This document shows, piece by piece, positions 37,113 through 48,127 of a stretch of DNA of 64,000 nt. Position 1 is the stretch's first letter; each line of letters opens with the position of its first letter. Where the stretch lies: NCBI GenBank assembly GCA_963722075.1, contig CAVRJM010000001.1, forward strand, positions 981,898 through 1,045,897, given 5' to 3'. Both the position numbers and the translations under genes were made by a program. Source of the stretch: Candidatus Babeliales bacterium (GTDB taxonomy: Bacteria; Babelota; Babeliae; Babelales; JANWKD01). Below the pieces are notes generated by a model. The model worked only from the letters and a program-made list of their open reading frames with translations. It was not told the DNA's origin and did no database searches.

Positions 37113-39653
37113 TTATTTCTGCGCGCCGCAACATTTCTTATATTTCTTTCCCGAACCGCATGGACACTGTTCATTTCTGCCAACTTTATCTTCTGCGCGT
37201 TCAAGCGGACGATTTCCTTCTGCCTGTTGCATGCTTGCGGAAATTAAATTGAGTTCATCAAGCTCTCGTTGACGTTTATGCTCAAGTTCATGTTGGTTAA
37301 AGCGTTCTAATTTAAGATGGAATATGTGATGAACAATATCCCAACGCATTTGCTGCATCATTTCTTTAAACATATCAAATGCTTCGCGCTTATATTCAAT
37401 AAGTGGATTTTTTTGTCCCCAGCTGCGCAAATTGATACCTTCTTTTAAATGATCCAAGTTAAGCATATGCTGCTTCCATGCATTATCTAAAATTTCAAGC
37501 ATGAGCCATTTTTCAGCTTCTTGAATGCGTTCTGCATCTTGCTGTGTGCGATAGCTTTCATATTTATTAAGCAAGAAGTCAACAATATCGCTTTTAAATG
37601 CTTCTACATTAGCAGTATTAAATTGCTCTTTTTTAAGCTCATCGATTTTTACGCCAGTCAACACCGAAAGCATTTCCATAATTCTCTGAATGCCTTCAGG
37701 AGTCATACGTGCTGGTAAAATTGCGGTAACCATATCATTCACTGATTGGCTCATGAGATCTCGTATTAGATCGTAAATTTCTTGCGAACCTTCTAAAATG
37801 GAACGCCTATATTTGTAAATAACAATACGTTGTTGATTTAATACGTCATCATATTCAAGCAAGTGACGGCGCGTCTCAAAATTATGTTTTTCCACTTTTT
37901 CTTGGGATCGTTCAATTGTTTTTGAAATGAAGCCTGATTCTATTGTTTCATCTTCTTTCATGCCCACCCGTTTCATATTTTTTTGGATCGTATCACCCGC
38001 AAAAATACGAATTAAATCATCTTCCAAGGAAATGTAAAAACGAGATTCTCCCGGATCTCCTTGACGTCCCGAACGGCCACGCAGCTGATTATCAATACGT
38101 CGACTTTCATGCCGTTCAGTACCCAAAATATACAACCCGCCCGCTTTCACTGAATCAGGCGTTAATTTAATATCGGTGCCACGACCTGCCATATTAGTAG
38201 CAATGGTAACGCGCCCCGGTTCACCGGCATGTTCTACAATCTCCGCTTCACGTTGATGCTGTTTAGCATTAAGCACCTCATGCGGTACCCCTTGAGCACG
38301 TAAAATATCGCTTAATAATTCTGATGTTTCAATAGCAATAGTACCAATAAGTACTGGTTGCCCCTTGGTATAGCGTTCTTTTATATCACCCACAATAGCT
38401 TGATATTTTCCTGATTTAGATAAGAAAATAAGATCGGATTTATCAAGACGAATCATCGATTTGTTGGTCGGAATTGAAACTACATCAAGGCCGTAAATCT
38501 TATGAAATTCTTCCGCTTCAGTTGATGCAGTACCGGTCATACCAGCTAATTTTTTATATAATCTAAAGAAATTTTGTAAGGTAATTGAAGCAAGTGTTTG
38601 GCTTTCGCGCTCTACTTTAACGCCTTCTTTTGCTTCTAATGCTTGATGCAAGCCATCACTATACCGACGCCCTGGTAATATACGGCCAGTAAATTCATCA
38701 ACAATGAGTACTTCATCATCTTTGACCACATAATCAACATCACGTTTAAAAAGACTATGCGCTCGTAATGCTTGGTTAATATGATGCAGCAAAGTAAGCT
38801 GTTCTACGGCATACAGATTATCAATAGAAAATGCTGATTCAACTTTATCAACACCCGATTCAGTTAGTTGCACTGACCGCTGTTTTTCATCAATTTCATA
38901 ATCAACATTTTTCACTAAGCGCGGAATTACTTTATTTGCTTCTAAATATAAATTACTACTTTTATCAGCAGCACCAGATATAATTAAGGGAGTTCGCGCT
39001 TCGTCAATTAAAATGGAGTCAACCTCATCCACAATGGCATAATTTAAATCACGCTGCACATAATCTTCTAAGCGAAATTTCATATTATCGCGCAGATAGT
39101 CAAAGCCCAGCTCATTATTAGTAGCATATAGAATATCTGATTGGTATACTTTTTTGCGCTCTTCGTCACTCATTTGATTTTGTAAGATACCCACCGTAAG
39201 CCCAAGCCTATTATAAATAGGAGCCATCCAGGTACCATCACGACGCGCTAAATAATCATTAACGGTGACTAAATGAGCGCCTTTACCGCTTAATGCATTC
39301 AAATATAAAGGAAGCGTTGCCGTGAGTGTTTTTCCCTCACCCGTTTTCATTTCAGCAATTTTACCTTGATGTAATACAATACCGCCCATTAATTGCACGT
39401 CAAAATGACGTTGACCTATTTCACGTTTAGACACTTCACGAACCACTGCAAATGCTTCAGGCAAAATATCGTCAAGCGTTTTACCTTGTGCTAATTGTGC
39501 TCGAAATTCGTCTGTTTTTGCGCCTAATTGTTCTATGGTTAACGAAGACATAAGCGGCTCTAAACTATTAATTTTTTCAACAATTGGACGCAGCCTTTTT
39601 AGCTGCCGGACATTGGCCGTACCCATAATTTTTGCTAAAATCTGCGCAATCAT
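37113..39653 (-). CDS. secA: Preprotein translocase ATPase SecA
   Basis: MKTGEGKTL Walker A, DEVDSILIDEARTPLIISG, TNMAGRGTDI and the C-terminal zinc motif CPCGSGKKYKKCCG. Confidence 0.97.
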   Translation of the reverse strand: MIAQILAKIMGTANVRQLKRLRPIVEKINSLEPLMSSLTIEQLGAKTDEFRAQLAQGKTLDDILPEAFAVVREVSKREIGQRHFDVQLMGGIVLHQGKIAEMKTGEGKTLTATLPLYLNALSGKGAHLVTVNDYLARRDGTWMAPIYNRLGLTVGILQNQMSDEERKKVYQSDILYATNNELGFDYLRDNMKFRLEDYVQRDLNYAIVDEVDSILIDEARTPLIISGAADKSSNLYLEANKVIPRLVKNVDYEIDEKQRSVQLTESGVDKVESAFSIDNLYAVEQLTLLHHINQALRAHSLFKRDVDYVVKDDEVLIVDEFTGRILPGRRYSDGLHQALEAKEGVKVERESQTLASITLQNFFRLYKKLAGMTGTASTEAEEFHKIYGLDVVSIPTNKSMIRLDKSDLIFLSKSGKYQAIVGDIKERYTKGQPVLIGTIAIETSELLSDILRAQGVPHEVLNAKQHQREAEIVEHAGEPGRVTIATNMAGRGTDIKLTPDSVKAGGLYILGTERHESRRIDNQLRGRSGRQGDPGESRFYISLEDDLIRIFAGDTIQKNMKRVGMKEDETIESGFISKTIERSQEKVEKHNFETRRHLLEYDDVLNQQRIVIYKYRRSILEGSQEIYDLIRDLMSQSVNDMVTAILPARMTPEGIQRIMEMLSVLTGVKIDELKKEQFNTANVEAFKSDIVDFLLNKYESYRTQQDAERIQEAEKWLMLEILDNAWKQHMLNLDHLKEGINLRSWGQKNPLIEYKREAFDMFKEMMQQMRWDIVHHIFHLKLERFNQHELEHKRQRELDELNLISASMQQAEGNRPLERAEDKVGRNEQCPCGSGKKYKKCCGAQK

Positions 39654-39837
39654 CTAAGATCTCCGTACCTTAATTTATATATATTTTTTAACCATTAACG
39701 TTCATTAGGCAATTTAAGTAACTAATAATACCATTAGGTCAAAAAATTCTCAATTTTTAACATAGTATTGAAACATAAGTCTCATTGGTAAACAAAAATG
39801 AAAAACGTATCTTGGGCCACCAAGAACAAAAATAGCA

Positions 39838-41046
39838 TCAAGCAGCTTGTGATTTTTTTATACGTTCTACCAATGCTTTAATAGAATCATTTGATTGAAT
39901 TAAAAATGGAATTACCATAGAGCCATTTTGTTTATTTAATAACATAGTAATAACTTCAGAAGAACTAAAAAAGGTTGCCAATGAAGGGTTTTCATAAATC
40001 CAATAACTAATCGTATGCATAATTTCTTTTTTATCAGATACTTGTGATAGTTGCTGAATACTGTATCCAACCACTCGTTTTTTTGCTTCTGGTGATTGTA
40101 TAAGATCCAGGTAATAAAAATCAGCAAATTCATCTATTCTTTTAAATAGCTCATCAGCAAATAAATGCTCATGATCATGTGGATCTGTTTCCATAAATAA
40201 TTTAAATAAGGCAAATACGATATAGTGGTTTTTGTTACCTAATTGAACTATCTTTCCAATTTTTTGCTTAAAATAATCACTTATCTCTTTTTTATAATCT
40301 TCATATAAAAATATACGATATTTGGGAACTACTTTATAAAAAAATTCAGTAAGCCGCTCATCAAGGGTTTCTACAATGGTATCTAAAGAGCCCACTAAAA
40401 GCCCTGCCCCTCTTTTTAATTCTTCTTTTTTCAATGAACTTATCTCAGCATCATCACTTATTTCTAAATACGTATAATAGCTGCTTACTAATTCAGTAGC
40501 AGTAGTATCATACATCACTTCTTGAAACGAGTTTTGTATATATATACTCAAACCAGGTGCCAGCGCCTTTTTAAGAGATTCTAAAGCGTTCGTATCTGCT
40601 TTAAAAATAGTAAGTATTAATTTCTTACCGCGCTGACTTGTTAATAACTCCGGCACGTGTGTTGCAATAAGATCATCATATTCTCGACTGTAAAGAAGCT
40701 GCTTAATCACTGCTCCAGGATTATTTTCATAAGTTTGCATTAATGCAGTAAGGCGTTCACGCTCTTCTTGCTGGTGATTAACATCTTGCGCATAAATAGC
40801 ATTTCTTTTTTTATACCCCATATACACACTTATTCCAAGCGCCGCACCTATAAAAGGATTGCGCACTGAATAGATCGGGGCCTTTATAAACCCTGCTTTA
40901 TTAAAAAAACCATGATTTTTTTGAGACAAAATAGTACGGGTAGTAAATGGGCTGTAACTCTTGAGACGCCCCCAAAGAGAGCTGCCTAATCGAGCATCCG
41001 CATGAGCAGCAAAAAGACATAAAAATAGAAATAACATTTTTTTCAT
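39838..41046 (-). CDS. Secreted protein of unknown function
   Basis: About 400-aa ORF. Start set at the ATG after GAGG (the track uses an upstream GTG). Signal peptide MKKMLFLFLCLFAAHA. Confidence 0.55.
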   Translation of the reverse strand: MKKMLFLFLCLFAAHADARLGSSLWGRLKSYSPFTTRTILSQKNHGFFNKAGFIKAPIYSVRNPFIGAALGISVYMGYKKRNAIYAQDVNHQQEERERLTALMQTYENNPGAVIKQLLYSREYDDLIATHVPELLTSQRGKKLILTIFKADTNALESLKKALAPGLSIYIQNSFQEVMYDTTATELVSSYYTYLEISDDAEISSLKKEELKRGAGLLVGSLDTIVETLDERLTEFFYKVVPKYRIFLYEDYKKEISDYFKQKIGKIVQLGNKNHYIVFALFKLFMETDPHDHEHLFADELFKRIDEFADFYYLDLIQSPEAKKRVVGYSIQQLSQVSDKKEIMHTISYWIYENPSLATFFSSSEVITMLLNKQNGSMVIPFLIQSNDSIKALVERIKKSQAA

Positions 41047-41116
41047 ATAGAGAGACCTCACATTTGTTAAGAGCTTAATCTTAATACAATTAGAATATAT
41101 TATAAATAGAATAAGA

Positions 41117-41854
41117 TCAAGGGGATGGCCGTAGGGCTACAATGCTCATTTGCCGGTACAACGTTCCTGGCTGCCGACGAACCGAACAAAACCGCTCATT
41201 ACACAAGGTGCACAGATTGTATACCATTGAAAATGCGGTGGGAGGCACTCCTGTATTTTGTAATATACCCTGATTAAATGCGGGAACATCAAAAAACAGC
41301 TTGCCATTTCTATATTTTAATACACGCTCAGGAAGCATAAAAGGAGCTATCAGCTCCTTGAATTCTGGCCCCACTTGATAACAACAACTTTTAGCGCTCG
41401 GGCCAAAAAAAATCTTTAAATCTTCTACATCGGTATTATAATGCTGCTTTAATTCATCAACTACTTTTTGCGCAATACCGTTCACTGAACCGCGCCAACC
41501 TGCATGGGCAATTGCTATCACCTTTTGTATTTCGTCATAGAAAACAATTGGCAGGCAATCGGCAGTAGCAACTGCAAGTCCTATTGTAGGCTCTTGCGTT
41601 ATTAAGTAGTCACCATCACGACTAAAGCAACCTACTGGAGATATTTCATGAGCAGCATGTATCATCATGCCAGCGGTCCCATGAACTTGATGCAAAAAAA
41701 ATAATTTATCTAGTTTTGATCTATCTAAAAGATTGGCAAAGGGAGCTTTAGTAAGCATTTCCTGAGATGTGACATTCTTAAAATCTGTCGGTATAAAAGA
41801 ATGCTGCATGTCACCAAAAAAAATAGAAAGCTGTTTTTCAGTATAAAATGACAT
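41117..41854 (-). CDS. pgeF: YfiH/PgeF laccase-domain protein (peptidoglycan editing factor family)
   Basis: QVHG, ATADCLPIV, HAGWRGSVNGI and a C-terminal C..C..FCS motif, all typical of DUF152/YfiH. Confidence 0.85.
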   Translation of the reverse strand: MSFYTEKQLSIFFGDMQHSFIPTDFKNVTSQEMLTKAPFANLLDRSKLDKLFFLHQVHGTAGMMIHAAHEISPVGCFSRDGDYLITQEPTIGLAVATADCLPIVFYDEIQKVIAIAHAGWRGSVNGIAQKVVDELKQHYNTDVEDLKIFFGPSAKSCCYQVGPEFKELIAPFMLPERVLKYRNGKLFFDVPAFNQGILQNTGVPPTAFSMVYNLCTLCNERFCSVRRQPGTLYRQMSIVALRPSP

Positions 41855-41866
41855 ACTAATGCCGCC

Positions 41867-43636
41867 TTATTTTTCTATTGATTCCAATTTCTTTTTTAAA
41901 TGATCAACTACTTTTGCATCAACGTTATGCTCTTGGGCAAATTCTATTAATGTTTGATTTGGATTTGTAGTAACCGTAATATCCGCATTGTATTTAAGCA
42001 ACAAATTAATAAGTTTGTTTTTTACTGATACGGATAATGGATTAAGAAGAATAAACATAAGAGGCGTGTGATCTATCCCATCCCTTTCCAATGCAATAAG
42101 AGGATATTTTTTGAGCAGTTCTTCGACTATCATTATTTTACCCACACCAACGGCTTTTAAGAAAACGTACTCCGCAAGTTCATTATATTTTTTATTGCTG
42201 TTAGGTTCTGAATCTAAACTATCAAATACACCGGTAGCATTTTTTTCAATAGCTAAACATATCAGATTGAGCAGATTATCATCATCAACTCTATACTTAT
42301 TTTTTTCTTCTTTAAATTTTTCTAATAAAAGTGGCCATGCCTCTTTAAAACTGGTACGAAGCGCTACAAATAGGGGCGTATTTATTTGAAATTTCTTATT
42401 ATAATTATTTTTATGCACATAATTAACGCAAACATCTTTAGCAAGCAATGCCTCAACTAACTTTTTACTTCTAATTAATACCGCATGAGCAAGCGGTGTC
42501 ATGCCATATAAATCAGGTTGATCATATTCAAAAGAATTTGACCAATGTTCAAGTAAATAAAGAGCTAATGGCACTTTTTCTTTTTTAATCAAATAATGAA
42601 AGGGCGTCTCATTTTCAATGGTACATGATCGAACTAAAGAAGAATCATTTTTAAGCACTATATCAATTTCTTCGATTGAGTTAACCATATGGAGCGGCGT
42701 AAGACCTATCACTTTTTTATAGCATTCATTATTCTTTTCTTTTGGTATATATTCTTTTAATTCTTCTAAGCGAAATAAAAAATCTTTTGGAAAATTCATT
42801 TTAGAATTCTTACAACAAGAAGCATGGAGTTCTTTAATTTTTTTAAAAAGGGAAACTAATGCCTTATTTTTCAACCAACAAGCCCGTTGATAGGGTATTA
42901 CACCATACATATCTTGAGCACAGCATATTCCAAATGTTGCTTCCATGCATTTTGTTAATGAATTTTTCAATAGAATCACTGTATCGCTGGCATCCTTAAA
43001 GGTATGAAGCGGTGCTAAACCAATCTTGCTATTATTCAATTTAAATTCTTGTTTAAGCATTCTCTTCATTTCTTTAGAAAAAACATTCGTATGGGGTTGG
43101 TATTCTGTCATATATTGTTGCTTTAATTGTTCTTTACAATGCGTTTTGACTTCTTTTATGCTAGCCGATCCATCAAGGATGGCTAATAACTTATAACAAT
43201 ATTCAGCCCGTTCAATTAAAATCCATAGAAGCTCAATCGCTTCTTTCACGCGGCCGTCCTTAAGCATAGTTAATAATGCAGTTTCTCTTTCATTAGAAAA
43301 AGAAACAGGATTTACCCCACAGGTTATTAAAGCAGGTATTCGTGTTGCTTGTTGTACGGTAAATAATACCGGGTACTGCGAATGAGGTGGCTTTTGGCAA
43401 AGATCACGCATTCTATCCTGAAGCTCTAGGGGAATCATTCGCCATTTTTCATGAATTAGATGAGCTGGGTATATAGAATATTCATTAAAAAAAAATCGCA
43501 TTGTTCTATTAAGCAATGATTCAACTTGGCCAGAAGAAACATAGGGAAAAAGTGGAGTTATCTCTTGAGGAGTCTCAGATGCCGATCCAAATAATAATTG
43601 TGTAGCTAATGCTATTTTTGCAAACATAATCTCCAT
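41867..43636 (-). CDS. Ankyrin-repeat protein
   Basis: The C-terminal half contains several ANK-like units (GLTPLHMV, ETPFHYLIKKEKVPLALYLLEH, GMTPLAHAVLIRSKKLVEALLAKDVCVNY, HTPLMFILLNP..LINLLLKYNADI). Confidence 0.75.
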   Translation of the reverse strand: MEIMFAKIALATQLLFGSASETPQEITPLFPYVSSGQVESLLNRTMRFFFNEYSIYPAHLIHEKWRMIPLELQDRMRDLCQKPPHSQYPVLFTVQQATRIPALITCGVNPVSFSNERETALLTMLKDGRVKEAIELLWILIERAEYCYKLLAILDGSASIKEVKTHCKEQLKQQYMTEYQPHTNVFSKEMKRMLKQEFKLNNSKIGLAPLHTFKDASDTVILLKNSLTKCMEATFGICCAQDMYGVIPYQRACWLKNKALVSLFKKIKELHASCCKNSKMNFPKDFLFRLEELKEYIPKEKNNECYKKVIGLTPLHMVNSIEEIDIVLKNDSSLVRSCTIENETPFHYLIKKEKVPLALYLLEHWSNSFEYDQPDLYGMTPLAHAVLIRSKKLVEALLAKDVCVNYVHKNNYNKKFQINTPLFVALRTSFKEAWPLLLEKFKEEKNKYRVDDDNLLNLICLAIEKNATGVFDSLDSEPNSNKKYNELAEYVFLKAVGVGKIMIVEELLKKYPLIALERDGIDHTPLMFILLNPLSVSVKNKLINLLLKYNADITVTTNPNQTLIEFAQEHNVDAKVVDHLKKKLESIEK

Positions 43637-43724
43637 TCCTTTATATAAAGTATACTAATATGAATAATACATATTGTACTACAATTTAAAAGGAATGTAA
43701 AATTTATTTTAAATAGAATTTATC

Positions 43725-44876
43725 CTACTCTTTTGTTGCTTGCGTACCCTGCCTCATAAAGGTAGGAATATCTAGATCATCTTGGTAAATTTCTGGGTTA
43801 ATAAGGGGGTCTTGCTTAACCAATCCAGGCTCTATTTTCTCTTTAGCAGCTGTTTTTGCCTGCTCAACGGCCGGTTTGTAGGCAATAGCTGCCTCTTTTT
43901 GAATTGCTTGCTGTTCTCCAAAACCAGTCGCAATCACCGTAATGATTATTTCGTTAGAAAGCTGTGGATCAATGACAGAGCCCACTATTATATTAGCATG
44001 AGGATCTGCTTCTTTGGTGATAATATCAGCCGCATCACCCAGTTCATATAAGGCTAAATCAGGTCCGCCAGAAATATTTAATAATACTCCTTGCGCGCCC
44101 TTTATGCTCATATTTTCTAAAAGTGGTGAAGATATTGCTTGATACGCAGCTTGTGCAGCACGATCAGCTCCAGTAGCCCTACCAGTTCCCATTACAGCCA
44201 ATCCCATATCTTTCATAATGGTGCGTACATCAGCAAAATCGACATTTATGTGGCCTGGTTTAGAAATAATATCAGAGATTCCTTTAACCGATTGATTCAA
44301 AATCCCATTAATAAGCGCAAATGCATCGATCATTGAAACATGCTTATCAACAACTTCAAGTAACTTTTGGTTTGGAATTACCAAAAGCGTATCAACCTCT
44401 TTTTTTAATTGCTGAATCGCTTCTTGAGCTACAATTGCTCTTTTTTTTCCTTCAAAATCAAACGGTTTAGTGACAACCGCAATTGATAAAATATTTTTTT
44501 CCTTGAGTGCTCGTGCAATAACGGGTAACGCGCCAGATCCTGTTCCCCCGCCAAGACCACCGGTCAAGAAAACAATATTAGCATCAGCTAAACATTCCAT
44601 AAGAGTAGTTAAATCTTCTTCAGCAGCACGTTTACCAAGTTCTGGATTTGCACCAGTTCCTAATCCCTTAGTTGATTTGATCCCTAATTGTATTTTTATC
44701 GGCGCTTTTGAAAGTGATAATGCTTGTGCGTCAGTATTAGTAGCAATAAATTCAATTCCTTGAAATTGAGCATCAATCATACTATTAATTGTGTTACCGC
44801 CGCCACCTCCCACACCAATAACTTTAATTCGTGCAAGCGGTTTTGGTTCTTCTTGTATGATCTCAAATTCTAACAT
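43725..44876 (-). CDS. ftsZ: Cell division protein FtsZ
   Basis: IKVIGVGGGGGNTIN, NTDAQAL, the tubulin signature GGLGGGTGSGALPVIA, and a C-terminal DDLDIPTFMR peptide. Confidence 0.97.
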   Translation of the reverse strand: MLEFEIIQEEPKPLARIKVIGVGGGGGNTINSMIDAQFQGIEFIATNTDAQALSLSKAPIKIQLGIKSTKGLGTGANPELGKRAAEEDLTTLMECLADANIVFLTGGLGGGTGSGALPVIARALKEKNILSIAVVTKPFDFEGKKRAIVAQEAIQQLKKEVDTLLVIPNQKLLEVVDKHVSMIDAFALINGILNQSVKGISDIISKPGHINVDFADVRTIMKDMGLAVMGTGRATGADRAAQAAYQAISSPLLENMSIKGAQGVLLNISGGPDLALYELGDAADIITKEADPHANIIVGSVIDPQLSNEIIITVIATGFGEQQAIQKEAAIAYKPAVEQAKTAAKEKIEPGLVKQDPLINPEIYQDDLDIPTFMRQGTQATKE

Positions 44877-45057
44877 ACTACTCTCCTTTTAATACACGTT
44901 GAGCAATTCTCTTTATTTTTTGTACGTAATTATTTTATGAATGTTCTTATGTAGCAGTATCAATTTTTTTATTACAGCAATGCAATAGTTAACTATTTAT
45001 TTTTTCAGTTAAAGCATGATATAGTTGCTCCAAATAATTATCTATAAGGATTATCTT

Positions 45058-45732
45058 ATGAAAAATATGCTTAGATTAAGTATAGTATCTTTGTTATATT
45101 CTGTTTACAGCATTTGTATGGATCCAGCAATCGATCAAAGCCTTATGAGCTTAAAAAGAGGATTGCGACAGTTACATCAAGAATTAGTACCAGCTGGCAA
45201 TTTGCCACCAACAATGCGCGTAATACCAACTATGGCAGAAGAAGTGGAAGAAGAAGAGCCTACTTTTATTGAAAAAGACGAACGTGGTGGGGTACGTCAC
45301 CTTTCTCGTCACAAATTTGGGAAACTCAGAAGAGCTCATCGAAGCACGCATCGCCGAACTACCTTATTCAAATGCAAGCGCGGTAAATGTCGCAAAGTAG
45401 AGCAGTATATTGCTGGATCTCAAGAACATAGTAAGCATGATCAAATAAGAAGAGCATTTTTTGAATTGCAAAAAAAATATGGCATTTGTGTAGCTCGCCC
45501 TCAACAAACACGCTTACCAATTGCTGAACGACGAGCGTGGGGAAAAAATCCAAATCGCAAACAAATTATTGCATTGCGCAGTGAATTAAACGAGTTACTA
45601 AAAAAAGATACTTTAATGGGTTCTGAAATTACCCTCATAAAAAATAAAATCAACCAGTTGCGCCAATTAAATCCTCGTCGCTGGCCAAAACCAGAAGATT
45701 ATGAAGAAGTTTTAACGGCAAGAGAGCTCTAG
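45058..45732 (+). CDS. Secreted basic protein with KCKxGxC motif (unknown function)
   Basis: Start set at the ATG 7 nt after AAGGA. Signal peptide, then the LxxLKxxLxxLxxxLxP motif. Arg/Lys/His-rich with FKCKRGKCRKV. Confidence 0.6.
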   Translation: MKNMLRLSIVSLLYSVYSICMDPAIDQSLMSLKRGLRQLHQELVPAGNLPPTMRVIPTMAEEVEEEEPTFIEKDERGGVRHLSRHKFGKLRRAHRSTHRRTTLFKCKRGKCRKVEQYIAGSQEHSKHDQIRRAFFELQKKYGICVARPQQTRLPIAERRAWGKNPNRKQIIALRSELNELLKKDTLMGSEITLIKNKINQLRQLNPRRWPKPEDYEEVLTAREL

Positions 45733-45800
45733 AAGGGTTTTCTAGCTTTTAAGGCTGCGTATATGCTATACTCAAAATAAACCTAAAAAATGGAGGATAT

Positions 45801-46166
45801 ATGAATAAATTCTATACAATTACTACCTTACTGCTTTTAGCAGCTACCAGCCAATTTAATACCATGCAAGCACAGCCAACCCAACAAGAATGGGATGAAT
45901 TACAAGAAAAAGTAGATGCTCTTACCGTGCGTGTTGATGCATTAGAAGAAAAATCTGAAGCCCGTAAGCAAGCGCGAGAAAAAATTAAAGCTCAATTTGC
46001 TGGAAGACGACATGGTGTACCGGGCAAATTTGCAGGGCGTCATAAATACAAATGTAAAGGCGGCAGATGTAAAAGAGTATCAGGTCGCAAATTTAATCGC
46101 TTACAAAATAAACGAGGATTCACCTGTACTGGCGATGTTTGTAAAGCAACAGAATCCGCTGAGTAA
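45801..46166 (+). CDS. Secreted basic protein with KCKxGxC motif (paralogue of 45058..45732)
   Basis: SD GGAGGA, signal peptide, coiled-coil-like segment and YKCKGGRCKRV. Confidence 0.6.
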   Translation: MNKFYTITTLLLLAATSQFNTMQAQPTQQEWDELQEKVDALTVRVDALEEKSEARKQAREKIKAQFAGRRHGVPGKFAGRHKYKCKGGRCKRVSGRKFNRLQNKRGFTCTGDVCKATESAE

Positions 46167-46199
46167 TTTAGTTTCATAACATAAAGGATGGCAGCATTA

Positions 46200-47414
46200 T
46201 TAAAAGAAATCTGCCATCCAAGATTTCATACGATTCATAATGCGCATCACCAACGGGCCTGCATGCGTTGTTATAATATCATTATTTTTTTGTGCACATA
46301 CTAATAATCCGTAGCCGGTTGCATAAATGGGATTATTTAACAAAATAACGTTATCTATATTTGGTGGATTACCAATGCGCACTGGCACTTTAAAAATCTC
46401 CTGTGCTAATTCCTGCATACCACCTAAAAGCGATCCGCCACCGGTGAGTACCAATCCCGATGCCATGTTTTTTCTCAAACCATGCGTGGTAACTTCTGTA
46501 TGAATAAGGCGTAATAATTCTTGAGCACGTGCTTCTAAAATAGTAATAATTTGAGATGAAGCTATAGTTCTTTTACCAGTGCTTATTGATTCAATCTCAA
46601 CACACTGAGTATATTGATTATCCCACAATACTGAACCAAATTCTTTTTTAATACGCTCAGCCTCATAAAGAGTTGTATTTAACCCAACTGCTAAATCATG
46701 GGTAAAATGATTACCAGCAACGGGAATAACTTTAGTAAAAGCGATTGCATCACGGCAAAAAAGCGCAATATCGGATGTGCCACCACCAATATCAACCATT
46801 AATACTCCCAATTTTTTTTCATCAGGAGTTAATACTGCTTGAGCAGATGCTAATTGCTCTAATATTATATCAGTAACTTTCACACCCGCCATTTCACAAC
46901 ATTTGATCAGATTATGCACTGAGGCAATAGAGCCGGTAATAATATGAACTTCTGCTTCTAAGCGAACACCATACATACCTACTGGATTTAATACTTTTTC
47001 TTGATTATCGATGATAAAGTGCTGTGGCAATACATGTAAAATTTGGTGCCCTTCAGGAACATTAATTGCACGTGCCGTCGCAATAACCTGCGCAATATCT
47101 GAGGTTTTAATCTCACCCCGCTTAATAGGAACCATGCCATGCGAATTAAGCGATTTAATATGACTCCCTGAAATTCCTATACATGCCGATTCAATACTAC
47201 AATCAGCCATTAATTCTGCTTCGCGAATTGCTTGTTTAATTGATTTCACCGTCTTATCAATATCAATCACTACTCCTTTTGCAAGCCCCTCAGAGGGTGC
47301 TCTGCCGATACCGATAATAGTATGAGCATCATCATTAAGAGCTATTAACACACAAATTTTAGTAGTCCCAATATCTATTGCCACGGTAATTTGATCAGAA
47401 AAAAATTTTTTCAT
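46200..47414 (-). CDS. ftsA: Cell division protein FtsA
   Basis: Actin-fold motifs (AIDIGTTKI, VDIGGGTSDIA, LTGGGS). 404 aa. Overlaps the ftsQ stop by 4 nt. Confidence 0.93.
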   Translation of the reverse strand: MKKFFSDQITVAIDIGTTKICVLIALNDDAHTIIGIGRAPSEGLAKGVVIDIDKTVKSIKQAIREAELMADCSIESACIGISGSHIKSLNSHGMVPIKRGEIKTSDIAQVIATARAINVPEGHQILHVLPQHFIIDNQEKVLNPVGMYGVRLEAEVHIITGSIASVHNLIKCCEMAGVKVTDIILEQLASAQAVLTPDEKKLGVLMVDIGGGTSDIALFCRDAIAFTKVIPVAGNHFTHDLAVGLNTTLYEAERIKKEFGSVLWDNQYTQCVEIESISTGKRTIASSQIITILEARAQELLRLIHTEVTTHGLRKNMASGLVLTGGGSLLGGMQELAQEIFKVPVRIGNPPNIDNVILLNNPIYATGYGLLVCAQKNNDIITTHAGPLVMRIMNRMKSWMADFF

Positions 47415-48127
47415 AAACTCCCCATGTCTCTTTGAGTAATGATAATTTGATTTTTAAAGCGCATATCAATCAACCATTTTTTTTTACTACCATTTTTTTG
47501 AACTAAAATCTGTTGCTTAATTTGTTGATATTGCTTCTGTAATTTTTCATCAAAAATGAGTTGATAATGCCCTACTAACGTAAACATTTGATTATTTTTA
47601 TCTTGTAATTCAATAACCGTATGATCAATCCAAGTAACCGTAAAATAATCGAATAACCAAGAAGGAGATGTTTTAAAAAACGTTAAAAAAAATGGCACAT
47701 AGAGATCATGTTGATTTTTCATCATAACATGCGGCAATGAAGTGAGCACGTTATTATTACATGCTATTTGTTCAACGATACCACCATGAGCCAATAAAAG
47801 TACGTTATTAATGAATAACAACGGTTGATGGCTATATACATGACAACGAGCAGTATGCGGATAGGCGTATCCTATTTCTATTTTACGAACGGTGGAAAAA
47901 TTCTTTTTTAATTCATCTAAGGCAAGTTGTGTAAATGGTTTTCCTAAAAAAAGCTTATTTGCTTGCTGAGTAATTATTTGCTTAAGCTCTGTTGAAATAT
48001 AAGAATCAAAATTAAAAACAACAGACGATACCACAAAAAAATGGCTACATACAAACCAATACGCCAAACAGATCAATATAAGTCCACTCGTACCGATTAA
48101 TAAACCGGTGCTGGTAACCATTTTCAT
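47411..48127 (-). CDS. ftsQ: Cell division protein FtsQ-like (POTRA-containing)
   Basis: N-terminal TM anchor followed by a ~200-aa periplasmic domain. Immediately upstream of ftsA and translationally coupled to it. Sequence similarity is weak, so the call rests mainly on architecture and synteny. Confidence 0.65.
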   Translation of the reverse strand: MKMVTSTGLLIGTSGLILICLAYWFVCSHFFVVSSVVFNFDSYISTELKQIITQQANKLFLGKPFTQLALDELKKNFSTVRKIEIGYAYPHTARCHVYSHQPLLFINNVLLLAHGGIVEQIACNNNVLTSLPHVMMKNQHDLYVPFFLTFFKTSPSWLFDYFTVTWIDHTVIELQDKNNQMFTLVGHYQLIFDEKLQKQYQQIKQQILVQKNGSKKKWLIDMRFKNQIIITQRDMGSL

